DNA from: Eubacteriales bacterium
Lineage (GTDB): Bacteria; Bacillota; Clostridia; Oscillospirales; CAG-272
Length of the DNA stretch: 64,000 nt
Direction: 5' to 3'
Assembly: GCA_045651165.1 (NCBI GenBank)
Contig: JAZRRX010000039.1
Location: forward strand, 251,866-315,865
The notes beneath the pieces are model-generated. The model worked only from the letters and a program-made list of their open reading frames with translations, did not search any database and was not told the origin of the DNA. The position numbers and the translations under genes are program-made. Each line of letters starts with the position of its first letter. The first letter of the stretch is position 1. Positions 28,891 through 37,101 of this stretch are shown piece by piece.

Positions 28891-30144
28891 TTATAGACGA
28901 GGCGCATGCTCCAACAGATACTTCTCTGCCTCAGCACACCATAAACCACCATTATTTTTAACAATAACAGCCAGTTCGGCATACATCGGATCGTTTTTTC
29001 CAAGTTCATCCAAGTCATCAATGGCAATCAACGGAATATCCAACTCATTGTAACATACCTTCTTAGCTCCGTTGGGTTTTTCCATTGCAAAAAGTGTTTC
29101 GGGAGCTGCCTTCATACCTAAAATATGAGAAACAAGCGCTCCGGCATTGATTTTGTTCTCCTTGATTAAATCCAAAATATCTGTCATATCCTCAGGAATG
29201 CTACCTGCAGTTCCAACAACATGAATACCATCATAGTGAACTCGATACAGATTCAAGCTACCGGGCATATCATGTATAGGAGGACCAGCAAAAAAGTTTA
29301 TACAGCCATCCTCACGAGAGATTTTTTCAGACATGGAAAACAGAGCCGGAACAGGCACCATAACAAACACATCGTCAAAGCCACCATCAGAAATCTGTTT
29401 CAAATAGTCTTCAGGGTCTTCTAAAATTCCTGTGTTGATGAATTGCAAATCCACCCCTTTTTCCTTGGCTTTTGCAGGATCACACATTTTTGCAGCATAG
29501 TCAAGTCGCTCCTGGTTTAAATCGGTAACCACTACCTGAGATACGCCAGCATAACCCACTGCCAATTCTACGCAGCCAATACCCATAGGACCTGCACCAC
29601 CGAGAATGGCAATACGACCACCTTTTTTTGCGCCGTCTGTACGCACATAGTTGGTGTAGTCAGTATGATAGAAGCCTTTATAGCCACGGATGCAGCATCC
29701 CAACGCCTCTGCAAGCGAGCCTGCAAAATAGCTATCCCCTTCATAGGGAAGTAAACAACCACGCTCCAACACAATCTTTGGAACTATTGCATACTGGGTA
29801 TTACCACCAATATAAGGATATGAATAGCCAGGGTCATATCCACTGGGTAACTTCAAGGCGGGCTGAACAACGACTTTTTGACCTTTCTTCCAATCTTTCT
29901 TTACATTCTCACCAACAGAAATAATCTCGCCACACATTTCATGACCGATAATAACGGGATTTTCTGCCACATCATTTGGTACACGCTTATGGGCACTACC
30001 TTGCTTAATAGCTTTATATGTAGAAGCGCAAACAGAGTCACTGACCACGCGGATCAACACTTCATCTGCGGTAATTTCTGGTAATTCAAATTCTTCCAAA
30101 CGGATATCATCCGCACCATACAAACGAATAGCTTTTGTTTTCAT
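28891..30144 (-). CDS. Long-form Zn-dependent MDR dehydrogenase (L-sorbose-1-phosphate-reductase-like)
   Basis: GHEMCGEI zinc site and ILGGAGPMGIG Rossmann motif. At 417 aa it carries a C-terminal extension beyond classical MDRs. The resemblance to SorE is from memory. Confidence 0.6.
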   Translation of the reverse strand: MKTKAIRLYGADDIRLEEFELPEITADEVLIRVVSDSVCASTYKAIKQGSAHKRVPNDVAENPVIIGHEMCGEIISVGENVKKDWKKGQKVVVQPALKLPSGYDPGYSYPYIGGNTQYAIVPKIVLERGCLLPYEGDSYFAGSLAEALGCCIRGYKGFYHTDYTNYVRTDGAKKGGRIAILGGAGPMGIGCVELAVGYAGVSQVVVTDLNQERLDYAAKMCDPAKAKEKGVDLQFINTGILEDPEDYLKQISDGGFDDVFVMVPVPALFSMSEKISREDGCINFFAGPPIHDMPGSLNLYRVHYDGIHVVGTAGSIPEDMTDILDLIKENKINAGALVSHILGMKAAPETLFAMEKPNGAKKVCYNELDIPLIAIDDLDELGKNDPMYAELAVIVKNNGGLWCAEAEKYLLEHAPRL

Positions 30145-30223
30145 TTTTATACCTCTATACAATTTAAATAATCAATACCAGTAAATTTTATTTGTGCAAA
30201 GGTGGGCACTATACAAATCTCAC

Positions 30224-32020
30224 TCAGTGCGTTTTTTGATTGATTCGGCAAACTCTTTCTATATCTACCTTCGGTTTGCGATCCGGCATTAGCAGACCAT
30301 TAATCTCCTGCATAATATCGGTCAACTGGGTGTAGCAATAGCCTTGGCAGAACGGAATTTCTGTTACAGCTTCAGTGCAAGCTTCATAGCGGGCAAAAAA
30401 GGTTTCTTCATCGGATTCTTTTCCGTGATAACCCCATGTTTCCATACCACCAAGCTCCCCTTGTAATCCAATGTTAGCAAAAGCGATACCTCCATACTCA
30501 GTTACCATAAAGGCCTCTTTTCCGGTAGGCATATAGCCATCTGCGTAAGCGCGTCGACCGTCACAGGTCTGCTTTTCAATGAAATCACGATCCGCAAAAT
30601 GCTTTTTCAGCACTTCCTTCGTGCTATTGTAATCGTGTAAACCGCAAATATCCGTGTGCATCTGCTCCCAACCGTCATTTCCAGAGCAAATTCGGGTGCC
30701 GTCTGCCGCTTTAGTTAAATAATACAACATAGATGCAGTGTTCTGCTGTCTCTTGTTAGAAACAATTTGCGGTACGCCCCAACTTTCATTCAAAGGCACC
30801 CAAACAATAATACTGGGATGGTTAAAGTCGCGGCGAATAAATTCTTGCATCGTAACTGTCAAATTTTCTACTGCTTCATCGGTAAAAGCAAAGGCACTAG
30901 GAAGCTCTCCCCAAACAAGAATGCCCATCTTATCTGCCCAGTAATAGTATCGAGGATCTTCAATCTTTTGGTGCTTTCTTGCACCATTAAAACCAAATTT
31001 CTTCGTCCATTCCAAATCCTCACGGATTGCCTCGTCACTGGGTGGTGTAATCATTGTATCTGGCCAGTAGCCCTGATCCAAAATAAGCTTTTGATAAATG
31101 CGATCGTTATTCAGATATACCACACCATCGCGTACCTCTATTTTGCGCATACCAAAATAGGTATCCACCTGATCAAGCTGTAATTCTTCATCTAAAAGTT
31201 GTACCCTTAGATCATAAAGGGCAGGATTATTGGGTGACCACAAAGCCACGGGATAAAAGGTATCCCTTATATCCATATCGATAACAATCGTTACATTTCG
31301 ATTGACAGTAGTTGTTACAACCTTTCGGATTTTCTTCTCTTCCAGCTTCACTTCCAGTGCAAGGGTCACTTCCTTGTCAGGAACTCTGTTAAACAAAATC
31401 TCTACAGAAGCCAAGCCCCTGTCAATATCCGGCGTAATATGGATATAGTCGATTCTCAGATCACTCGCCGCTTCCAAATAAACCGTTTGCCAAATACCAC
31501 TGCTGGCAGTGTACAGACAAGCGAACAAGCCCTGTTTCCAGTACTGCTTTCCACGAGGCTGAATAGGATCCGGCATATCCACTACTCGAACACATAGATC
31601 GTTTTCACCCTCAGTTAAAAAGGGCGTAACGTCCAACTGAAAAGGCGTATAACCGCCCTTATGTCCACCAACGGCCATCCCGTTGACATAGACCATCGCC
31701 TCATAATCTACCGCACCAAAATTCATCAATACGCTTCTACCCTGCATTTCCGCAGGAACGGTAAATTTTCGGCGGTACCACATAATCGGGTGAATTTCGT
31801 CAGTTGGACCAATACCACTTGCCGCACTTTGATAGCAAAATGGCACAGTAATGGTCTTATCAAACTTATAACCCGGCTTATACCAGCCTTCTTTCAAACC
31901 TATATTATCATCGTCAAAAGCAAATTCCCAAGCACCGTTCAAATTATGAAAGGTATCTCGCATAAAATCGGGACGTGGATGCTCCGGACGAGGAATATTA
32001 CAATTCATCTGTTCGCACAT
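30224..32020 (-). CDS. GH2 family glycosidase (598 aa)
   Basis: NHPSIIVWVPLNESWG (acid/base) and MVTEYGGIAF (nucleophile region). No signal peptide. Confidence 0.82.
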   Translation of the reverse strand: MCEQMNCNIPRPEHPRPDFMRDTFHNLNGAWEFAFDDDNIGLKEGWYKPGYKFDKTITVPFCYQSAASGIGPTDEIHPIMWYRRKFTVPAEMQGRSVLMNFGAVDYEAMVYVNGMAVGGHKGGYTPFQLDVTPFLTEGENDLCVRVVDMPDPIQPRGKQYWKQGLFACLYTASSGIWQTVYLEAASDLRIDYIHITPDIDRGLASVEILFNRVPDKEVTLALEVKLEEKKIRKVVTTTVNRNVTIVIDMDIRDTFYPVALWSPNNPALYDLRVQLLDEELQLDQVDTYFGMRKIEVRDGVVYLNNDRIYQKLILDQGYWPDTMITPPSDEAIREDLEWTKKFGFNGARKHQKIEDPRYYYWADKMGILVWGELPSAFAFTDEAVENLTVTMQEFIRRDFNHPSIIVWVPLNESWGVPQIVSNKRQQNTASMLYYLTKAADGTRICSGNDGWEQMHTDICGLHDYNSTKEVLKKHFADRDFIEKQTCDGRRAYADGYMPTGKEAFMVTEYGGIAFANIGLQGELGGMETWGYHGKESDEETFFARYEACTEAVTEIPFCQGYCYTQLTDIMQEINGLLMPDRKPKVDIERVCRINQKTH

Positions 32021-32045
32021 AATAAACCTCTCTGTGCAAAAATTA

Positions 32046-34409
32046 TTAATCCAGCTTTAGTAGCATGTTCAACACACGCTTTGCGCTGATTTCTAATGTT
32101 TCTCTAGTAATAGCGCCTTTTTCCAGCGCTATAAGCAATCGTTCCGGGAAGCCACCTGGCATACGGATATCATTGCCCGCATTGATTTCTATGTAGTGTT
32201 CAGAATAGGTGTGCCAATCCGTACTTACTATGCCTTCAAAGCCCCATTCACCTCTCAAGATATCTGTCAGCAGCTCACCACATTCCGATGCGCGAACACC
32301 GTTAATCAAATTATATGAACTCATAATATACCACGGATCGGCAGTTTTCACAATAATTTCAAATGCCTTCAGGTAAATTTCACGGGCAGCACGCTCAGAA
32401 ACTCGAGAATCGCTGTTTTTACGATTGGTTTCCTTATTATTGAGTGCAAAATGCTTAACAGAGGCCGATACTTTTTGAGATTGGATGCCTCGCACCATTC
32501 CCGCAGCCATCATGCCGGCTACGAAAGGATCTTCGGAGTAATATTCAAAGTTTCTTCCACACAAAGGGCTTCTGTGAATATTGATCGCAGGTGTTAGCCA
32601 AATAGCCAAATTGTTTTCCTTTAGCTCCTTTGCGCCAGCTTCACCGATTGCATAGGCAATTTTCGGATCCCATGTGCAAGCAACCTGTGTGCTACACGGA
32701 AATGCCGTGGTGCATACGCCACATTCCTGATTGATACGAACACCGGCAGGACCATCAGCAGTCATCGCATTAGGAACACCGAAATCCGGCAAATTACCAA
32801 AACCACAAGTATTGGCAACACCAAAATTGGGCTGACCACCCAACATGTGGCAAATAGCTTCGTTTGGAAGCTGAGCAACAAATTCATCCAATGTGATTTT
32901 GCCATCTGCTACCTCATCAAACCAGTGAATATCCCTTGTATCTCTGTCGCGAGGCACGGTTGTTACAAGTCGCATTGGTGTATACGCGTTTTGCAACACC
33001 TCTTCGGGTACTTCTGGCATAAAATCATAGGATTCTCTCTTTTTTTCAAATAGAGGAAGCTCCTCATAACTGCCATCAGCAAGCAATCGCTTTTTTAGGG
33101 CGTTAGGCTGCAACTTTGTACTAAGCTGCTTCACGATTACATCCTCATCTAAATTATATACATATTCACTACAGATAGTATTACGCACGGAATTACCAAT
33201 ATAGAAATTATATTCGCCCTTTTCCAATACATAGGCAGCTTTCGCCACCTTGCCCAAGTCATCATAGGATGCCATTGTCGACAAATCCCAAGTAAGGCTT
33301 AATTCCTGGGCGCAATCTGGTTGTAAAAGCTCTGTTTTTTGGAAAGCAATCAGGCTGCGGCTTGCTTTTCCCAACTTGCCCTGAGGCGCACCGAGATAAA
33401 CCTGAATAACCTCTTTGCCCGCTACATTTCCTATATTTTGAACAGAAACCTTAGCCGTAAACTTCCCGTCCTTCTGCTCTACACCCGTTATTTTCCAATC
33501 AAACTTTGTATAGGACAGACCGAAGCCAAAGGGGTAATTTACCTTTTCTGCCGCACTAGGAATGGTCTCGAAATAGCGGTAGCCGACATAAATGTCTTCA
33601 GAGTAATCCACATAAATCTCGGACTCATGGAAGTTCTCCGTTGAAGGATAGTCTTCTAAGCGCTTTGCAAAGGTATCGGTCAGCTTTCCGCTAGGGTTAC
33701 CAATGCCACACAGCAATTCTGCTGCCGCCGTGCCGCCTTCCATACCTCCCTGCCAAGCCATAAGCACACCCTGAATAGCATTTTCGTTGCAGAACCATTC
33801 GGTATCTACCATACCGCCCACATTCATAACAACAACTATTTTAGGAAAGTGCTTCTTTACCTGCTCTACCATTGCCATTTCGGCATGGGAAAGATAAAAA
33901 TCTCCTTCCTCGTACATGGGATGGCCTTTAAGATCTCGATCCCAGCCCTCGCCTGAAAAACGTGAAATAGAGATCACTGCAGTATCGGTATATTCACGAA
34001 CGCTTTCGCAGAGCGCGTCCGGAAGTTCAGGCTCCGGCTTTTGCCCCGGCCAATAGAATGTATCCGATATTTCCTGTATGTAATTACGGTAAAAGTCTGC
34101 CAACTCCTCGCAAACCTCTACACGATCATTAAGCTTCTTAAATCCATCGTAAAGATCGGTCGTGTAAGAGACAGTCACGTCACCACTACCGCCGCCGCCT
34201 TTGACATAATCAAAGGTAGCAATGCCAAACAGAGCTAACTTTGTTCCCTTTTCAAATGGCAAAATGTTACCATTGTTCTTTAGCAGAACCATGCCTTCCT
34301 TAGCAGCATTTTTAGAAAGCTCTATATGTTCAGCGCATGCAGTAACACGCTGACCGTTTTCACCTAAGGGCAAATTTGGATGATATTTAATTCTTCTCCA
34401 TTTTGTCAT
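32046..34409 (-). CDS. GH3 beta-glucosidase-type enzyme with permuted domain order
   Basis: The alpha/beta-sandwich (VVVMNVGGMVDTEW) and Fn3-like (GKEVIQVYL) segments come first. The catalytic barrel motifs KHFALNNKE and GFEGIVSTDW lie in the C-terminal third. Confidence 0.85.
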   Translation of the reverse strand: MTKWRRIKYHPNLPLGENGQRVTACAEHIELSKNAAKEGMVLLKNNGNILPFEKGTKLALFGIATFDYVKGGGGSGDVTVSYTTDLYDGFKKLNDRVEVCEELADFYRNYIQEISDTFYWPGQKPEPELPDALCESVREYTDTAVISISRFSGEGWDRDLKGHPMYEEGDFYLSHAEMAMVEQVKKHFPKIVVVMNVGGMVDTEWFCNENAIQGVLMAWQGGMEGGTAAAELLCGIGNPSGKLTDTFAKRLEDYPSTENFHESEIYVDYSEDIYVGYRYFETIPSAAEKVNYPFGFGLSYTKFDWKITGVEQKDGKFTAKVSVQNIGNVAGKEVIQVYLGAPQGKLGKASRSLIAFQKTELLQPDCAQELSLTWDLSTMASYDDLGKVAKAAYVLEKGEYNFYIGNSVRNTICSEYVYNLDEDVIVKQLSTKLQPNALKKRLLADGSYEELPLFEKKRESYDFMPEVPEEVLQNAYTPMRLVTTVPRDRDTRDIHWFDEVADGKITLDEFVAQLPNEAICHMLGGQPNFGVANTCGFGNLPDFGVPNAMTADGPAGVRINQECGVCTTAFPCSTQVACTWDPKIAYAIGEAGAKELKENNLAIWLTPAINIHRSPLCGRNFEYYSEDPFVAGMMAAGMVRGIQSQKVSASVKHFALNNKETNRKNSDSRVSERAAREIYLKAFEIIVKTADPWYIMSSYNLINGVRASECGELLTDILRGEWGFEGIVSTDWHTYSEHYIEINAGNDIRMPGGFPERLLIALEKGAITRETLEISAKRVLNMLLKLD

Positions 34410-34510
34410 TTTACATCCTCCTATATATGAAAATCAGATTATTCGACATCATTCAAAAACAGCTTCTACCTTAAGGGTAGAAAATATTTTTCAGTGATGT
34501 CTTTTGAAAT

Positions 34511-34533
34511 GAGGGGCGGCGAAGCCGCCCCTC
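34511..34533 (-). terminator. GC-rich hairpin after the Cys-module lipoprotein gene
   Basis: GAGGGGCGGC/GCCGCCCCTC 10-bp stem. The U-tract is only modest (AUUUCAAAA). Confidence 0.5.
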
Positions 34534-34553
34534 TTGATTATAAAATTAATGAT

Positions 34554-36986
34554 TTATTCTGTCATATAGAATTCGTACTTAACATCAATTGCATAGCTAA
34601 AGTTGTATGTTGTAACCTTGAACTGATTAAGTACAGTAGTTTCTGCCAAGGAAATTGGTGTGTCTGTACGGTGAGGAATAACCTTACCGTTAAGCTTGAT
34701 GTCTATATTTGATCCTTTACGAACAAGCTCGAACCATACACCTTCACCGTTAGCAACAGCAGCATTTTCCGCATCATTCAAATCGTAGTACCACTTCCAG
34801 CTACCGAACATACCGCTCATGGACTGTATCATATATTTACCATTGCCTTCCTTGTTTACAAGACGAAGCTCTGCCTTCTGACCGTCTGAGAATGTCATCT
34901 TAAGAACAATAGCAAAATCCTGCTTGGTTCCACCAGAGGGATCCTTAACAAGAACCTTACCACCATAGCATTTATCTGCTGTGGGAACCAACTCACCGTT
35001 CTTCTGTTTGTCATTACCTGGTGCTGGTGAGTGGAATATGCCGTGTGCCTGGTTGAGCATGCCATATTCAGCTGTCCAGAACCACTTACCCTGTGTGGAA
35101 ACAAACTCACCGGTAATGTTGTAAGTCTCACCTTCCTTAACAACAAAGCTATACTTGCTATTTGTATCTACCAAAATAGGGTCACCGTTGATATAAAGTT
35201 TCTGCGCATATCCACTAGCAGGTGCAACTGTCAAAGTAACAGTATCACCAACATTGTAGCTTGTCTTGTCAGCAGTAACGGTACCGTTTTCAAAAGCGGA
35301 TATTACAATAGCAGGAACACAAATGTGATTACAACCATCGTTAGAACACTTAACTGCAGTAGCTATATCTTCATCATCTGCTTCAGGTGTATGACTTCCC
35401 TTAGCTTCAGTTGTTACTGTGCCACATATAGTGCATTTTATCTCTGTTGTGCAGTCGCCGTCATCCTCTGCGGGAGTGTGATTTGTGCACAAGAGTTGGT
35501 CACAAACATCACATATGTAGTCGGTGTCAGCATCCTTGTGGTCTGCGTAAACTTCTACTACTCTAGTGTGAGTTTCTTCACATCTATCACACTTAGCAGT
35601 CTCTGTACCATATTCTTCACATGTTGCAAGCTTGTCAGTTTCATATTTAGTAAAGCTATGTTTAAGTGCCTCACCTACAGTCCAGTTACATTTAGAACAT
35701 GTCTTGGGCTCTGTACATGTTGCTTCTTTCCAATCGTGTTCACATCCAAGTGTCAACTCGAAGGGGATGTCCACCTGTACGTCAATGTTACCGTAGTGTC
35801 TCCAGCCTACAGAGGTTACCTTATTCTCTGCGGTAACGCCTTCCATAGTGTAGGTAAAGATTGCAGAGCCGTTAACATAAAGTGTCAATGTATTTTCACC
35901 GGTGCGTGCCAATTTAAAATCAACGCCATCATCACTGTTCAACGCTCCTGCAGCTTCAGCATTAAGCGCCTGCCAGTTGCCCCAACCGGTAGCAGAACCG
36001 CTTGCGCCAAACTTATCAAAGGCATATCTACCATTATCATTGATGATACGGAATGCATAGAACTTACCATTATCCAAATTAATACGCAAAACAAATGAGA
36101 AACCTATATTGCCGTCGCCGTCCTTGCTATCCTCAAGAGAGAAATAGTTCTTTGCCTTTACAGAAATAGAACTGTAGTTGCCATTAAAATCAAACCAATA
36201 AGATTCATTATTATGGCCGCTAGTTGTATATCGTGTACTGATCACACCGTGTGCCTGATTTCCGATTTCCCATCTTGTAATATCAGCAGGATTCAAATTC
36301 AAGCTCTGCTCGAAAGTGCCGCTTATCACATAAGTATCCTTATCAGCAACAAAGCTATATATATTGTTATTCCAATCAAGCATCAAAGGCTCACCGTCAA
36401 TGTAAAGCTTTTGTGCATAACCGAGCTCGGGGTTAATTGTCAACTTAACAGTATCACCGATAGCGTAGTTCATCTTGTCTGTTATAACTGCGCCGTTTTC
36501 AAAAGTGGGGATTGTAAGAGTGATTGCTTCTCTAGCAGCTTCAAGGATCTCTTGGCAACCCTCGTTAGCACACTTAACTGCAGTGGTTACATCTCCGTCG
36601 TCTGCTTCGGGAGTATGATTCAAAGCAGCAGCAACTATAATCTCATCACAGCCCTCATTAGTACACTTAACTTCGGTTGTGCAGTCGCCGTCGTCTGTTT
36701 CGGGAGCATGATTCAAAGCAGCAACAATGATCTCATCACAGCCCTCGTTAGCACACTTAACTGCAGTTGTGCAGTCACCGTCGTCTTCTTCGGGTCTATG
36801 ATTCAAAGAATCGGGCTCACCCTCAGTTGCGCCACATACTGAGCAAGTTTTGGCAGCAACACAAGTTGCTTCTATCCATTTATGCTCACAAGGTTTCTCA
36901 GTGGTGGATTGCGGAAACAAATCACAACCAGCAAAGAACACCAGCGCCATACATAAAATAGCGATTAGGGATAATACTTTTTTCAT
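34554..36986 (-). CDS. Large surface lipoprotein with Cys/His modules and a duplicated Ig-like plus jelly-roll unit
   Basis: Lipobox FFAGC after MKKVLSLIAILCMALV (ATG 36986, AAGGAGA RBS). The block order (CxH..ATC..C..C motif, DDGDCTT repeats, FENG...GYAQKLYI(D/N)G Ig-like domain, beta-rich domain) occurs twice. Confidence 0.8.
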   Translation of the reverse strand: MKKVLSLIAILCMALVFFAGCDLFPQSTTEKPCEHKWIEATCVAAKTCSVCGATEGEPDSLNHRPEEDDGDCTTAVKCANEGCDEIIVAALNHAPETDDGDCTTEVKCTNEGCDEIIVAAALNHTPEADDGDVTTAVKCANEGCQEILEAAREAITLTIPTFENGAVITDKMNYAIGDTVKLTINPELGYAQKLYIDGEPLMLDWNNNIYSFVADKDTYVISGTFEQSLNLNPADITRWEIGNQAHGVISTRYTTSGHNNESYWFDFNGNYSSISVKAKNYFSLEDSKDGDGNIGFSFVLRINLDNGKFYAFRIINDNGRYAFDKFGASGSATGWGNWQALNAEAAGALNSDDGVDFKLARTGENTLTLYVNGSAIFTYTMEGVTAENKVTSVGWRHYGNIDVQVDIPFELTLGCEHDWKEATCTEPKTCSKCNWTVGEALKHSFTKYETDKLATCEEYGTETAKCDRCEETHTRVVEVYADHKDADTDYICDVCDQLLCTNHTPAEDDGDCTTEIKCTICGTVTTEAKGSHTPEADDEDIATAVKCSNDGCNHICVPAIVISAFENGTVTADKTSYNVGDTVTLTVAPASGYAQKLYINGDPILVDTNSKYSFVVKEGETYNITGEFVSTQGKWFWTAEYGMLNQAHGIFHSPAPGNDKQKNGELVPTADKCYGGKVLVKDPSGGTKQDFAIVLKMTFSDGQKAELRLVNKEGNGKYMIQSMSGMFGSWKWYYDLNDAENAAVANGEGVWFELVRKGSNIDIKLNGKVIPHRTDTPISLAETTVLNQFKVTTYNFSYAIDVKYEFYMTE
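36525..36812 (-). repeat. Intragenic tandem repeat, three units of 90-93 bp (30-31 aa)
   Basis: The unit marker ATGATTCAAAG starts at 36615, 36708 and 36798 on the + strand. It encodes (A/T/R)PE.DDGD(C/V)TT.VKC.NEGC.EI...ALNH. Confidence 0.85.
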
Positions 36987-37061
36987 AGTGTTTTCTCCTT
37001 TTATAATAAGTTTATAATTCAAGGCATTTAACATATGCCATTGATTACATGTTTTTTCCTT

Positions 37062-37088
37062 GCCTGCATCTGAATCTCAGATGCAGGC
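37062..37088 (-). other. Perfect 12-bp hairpin between the two lipoprotein genes, with no U-tract
   Basis: GCCTGCATCTGA atc TCAGATGCAGGC. On the minus-strand transcript it is followed by AAGGAAAAAA, not by U residues. Confidence 0.5.
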
Positions 37089-37101
37089 ATTAGGTATAAA
37101 A

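Noticed and set aside
35031-36098. 355-aa ORF on the + strand (and 36213-36842, 209 aa), opposite the Cys-module lipoprotein gene.
   Set aside because: It lies entirely antisense to a gene with a clear lipobox, RBS and repeated domain architecture. The translation is Cys/Ile/Val-rich and low in complexity, with no RBS. It is a shadow ORF.
36525-36812. The regular ~90-bp repeats as a CRISPR-like or other non-coding array.
   Set aside because: The units are contiguous with no spacers, each is a multiple of 3 nt, and they lie in frame within a long ORF. They encode a repeated Cys-containing peptide. No cas genes are present.
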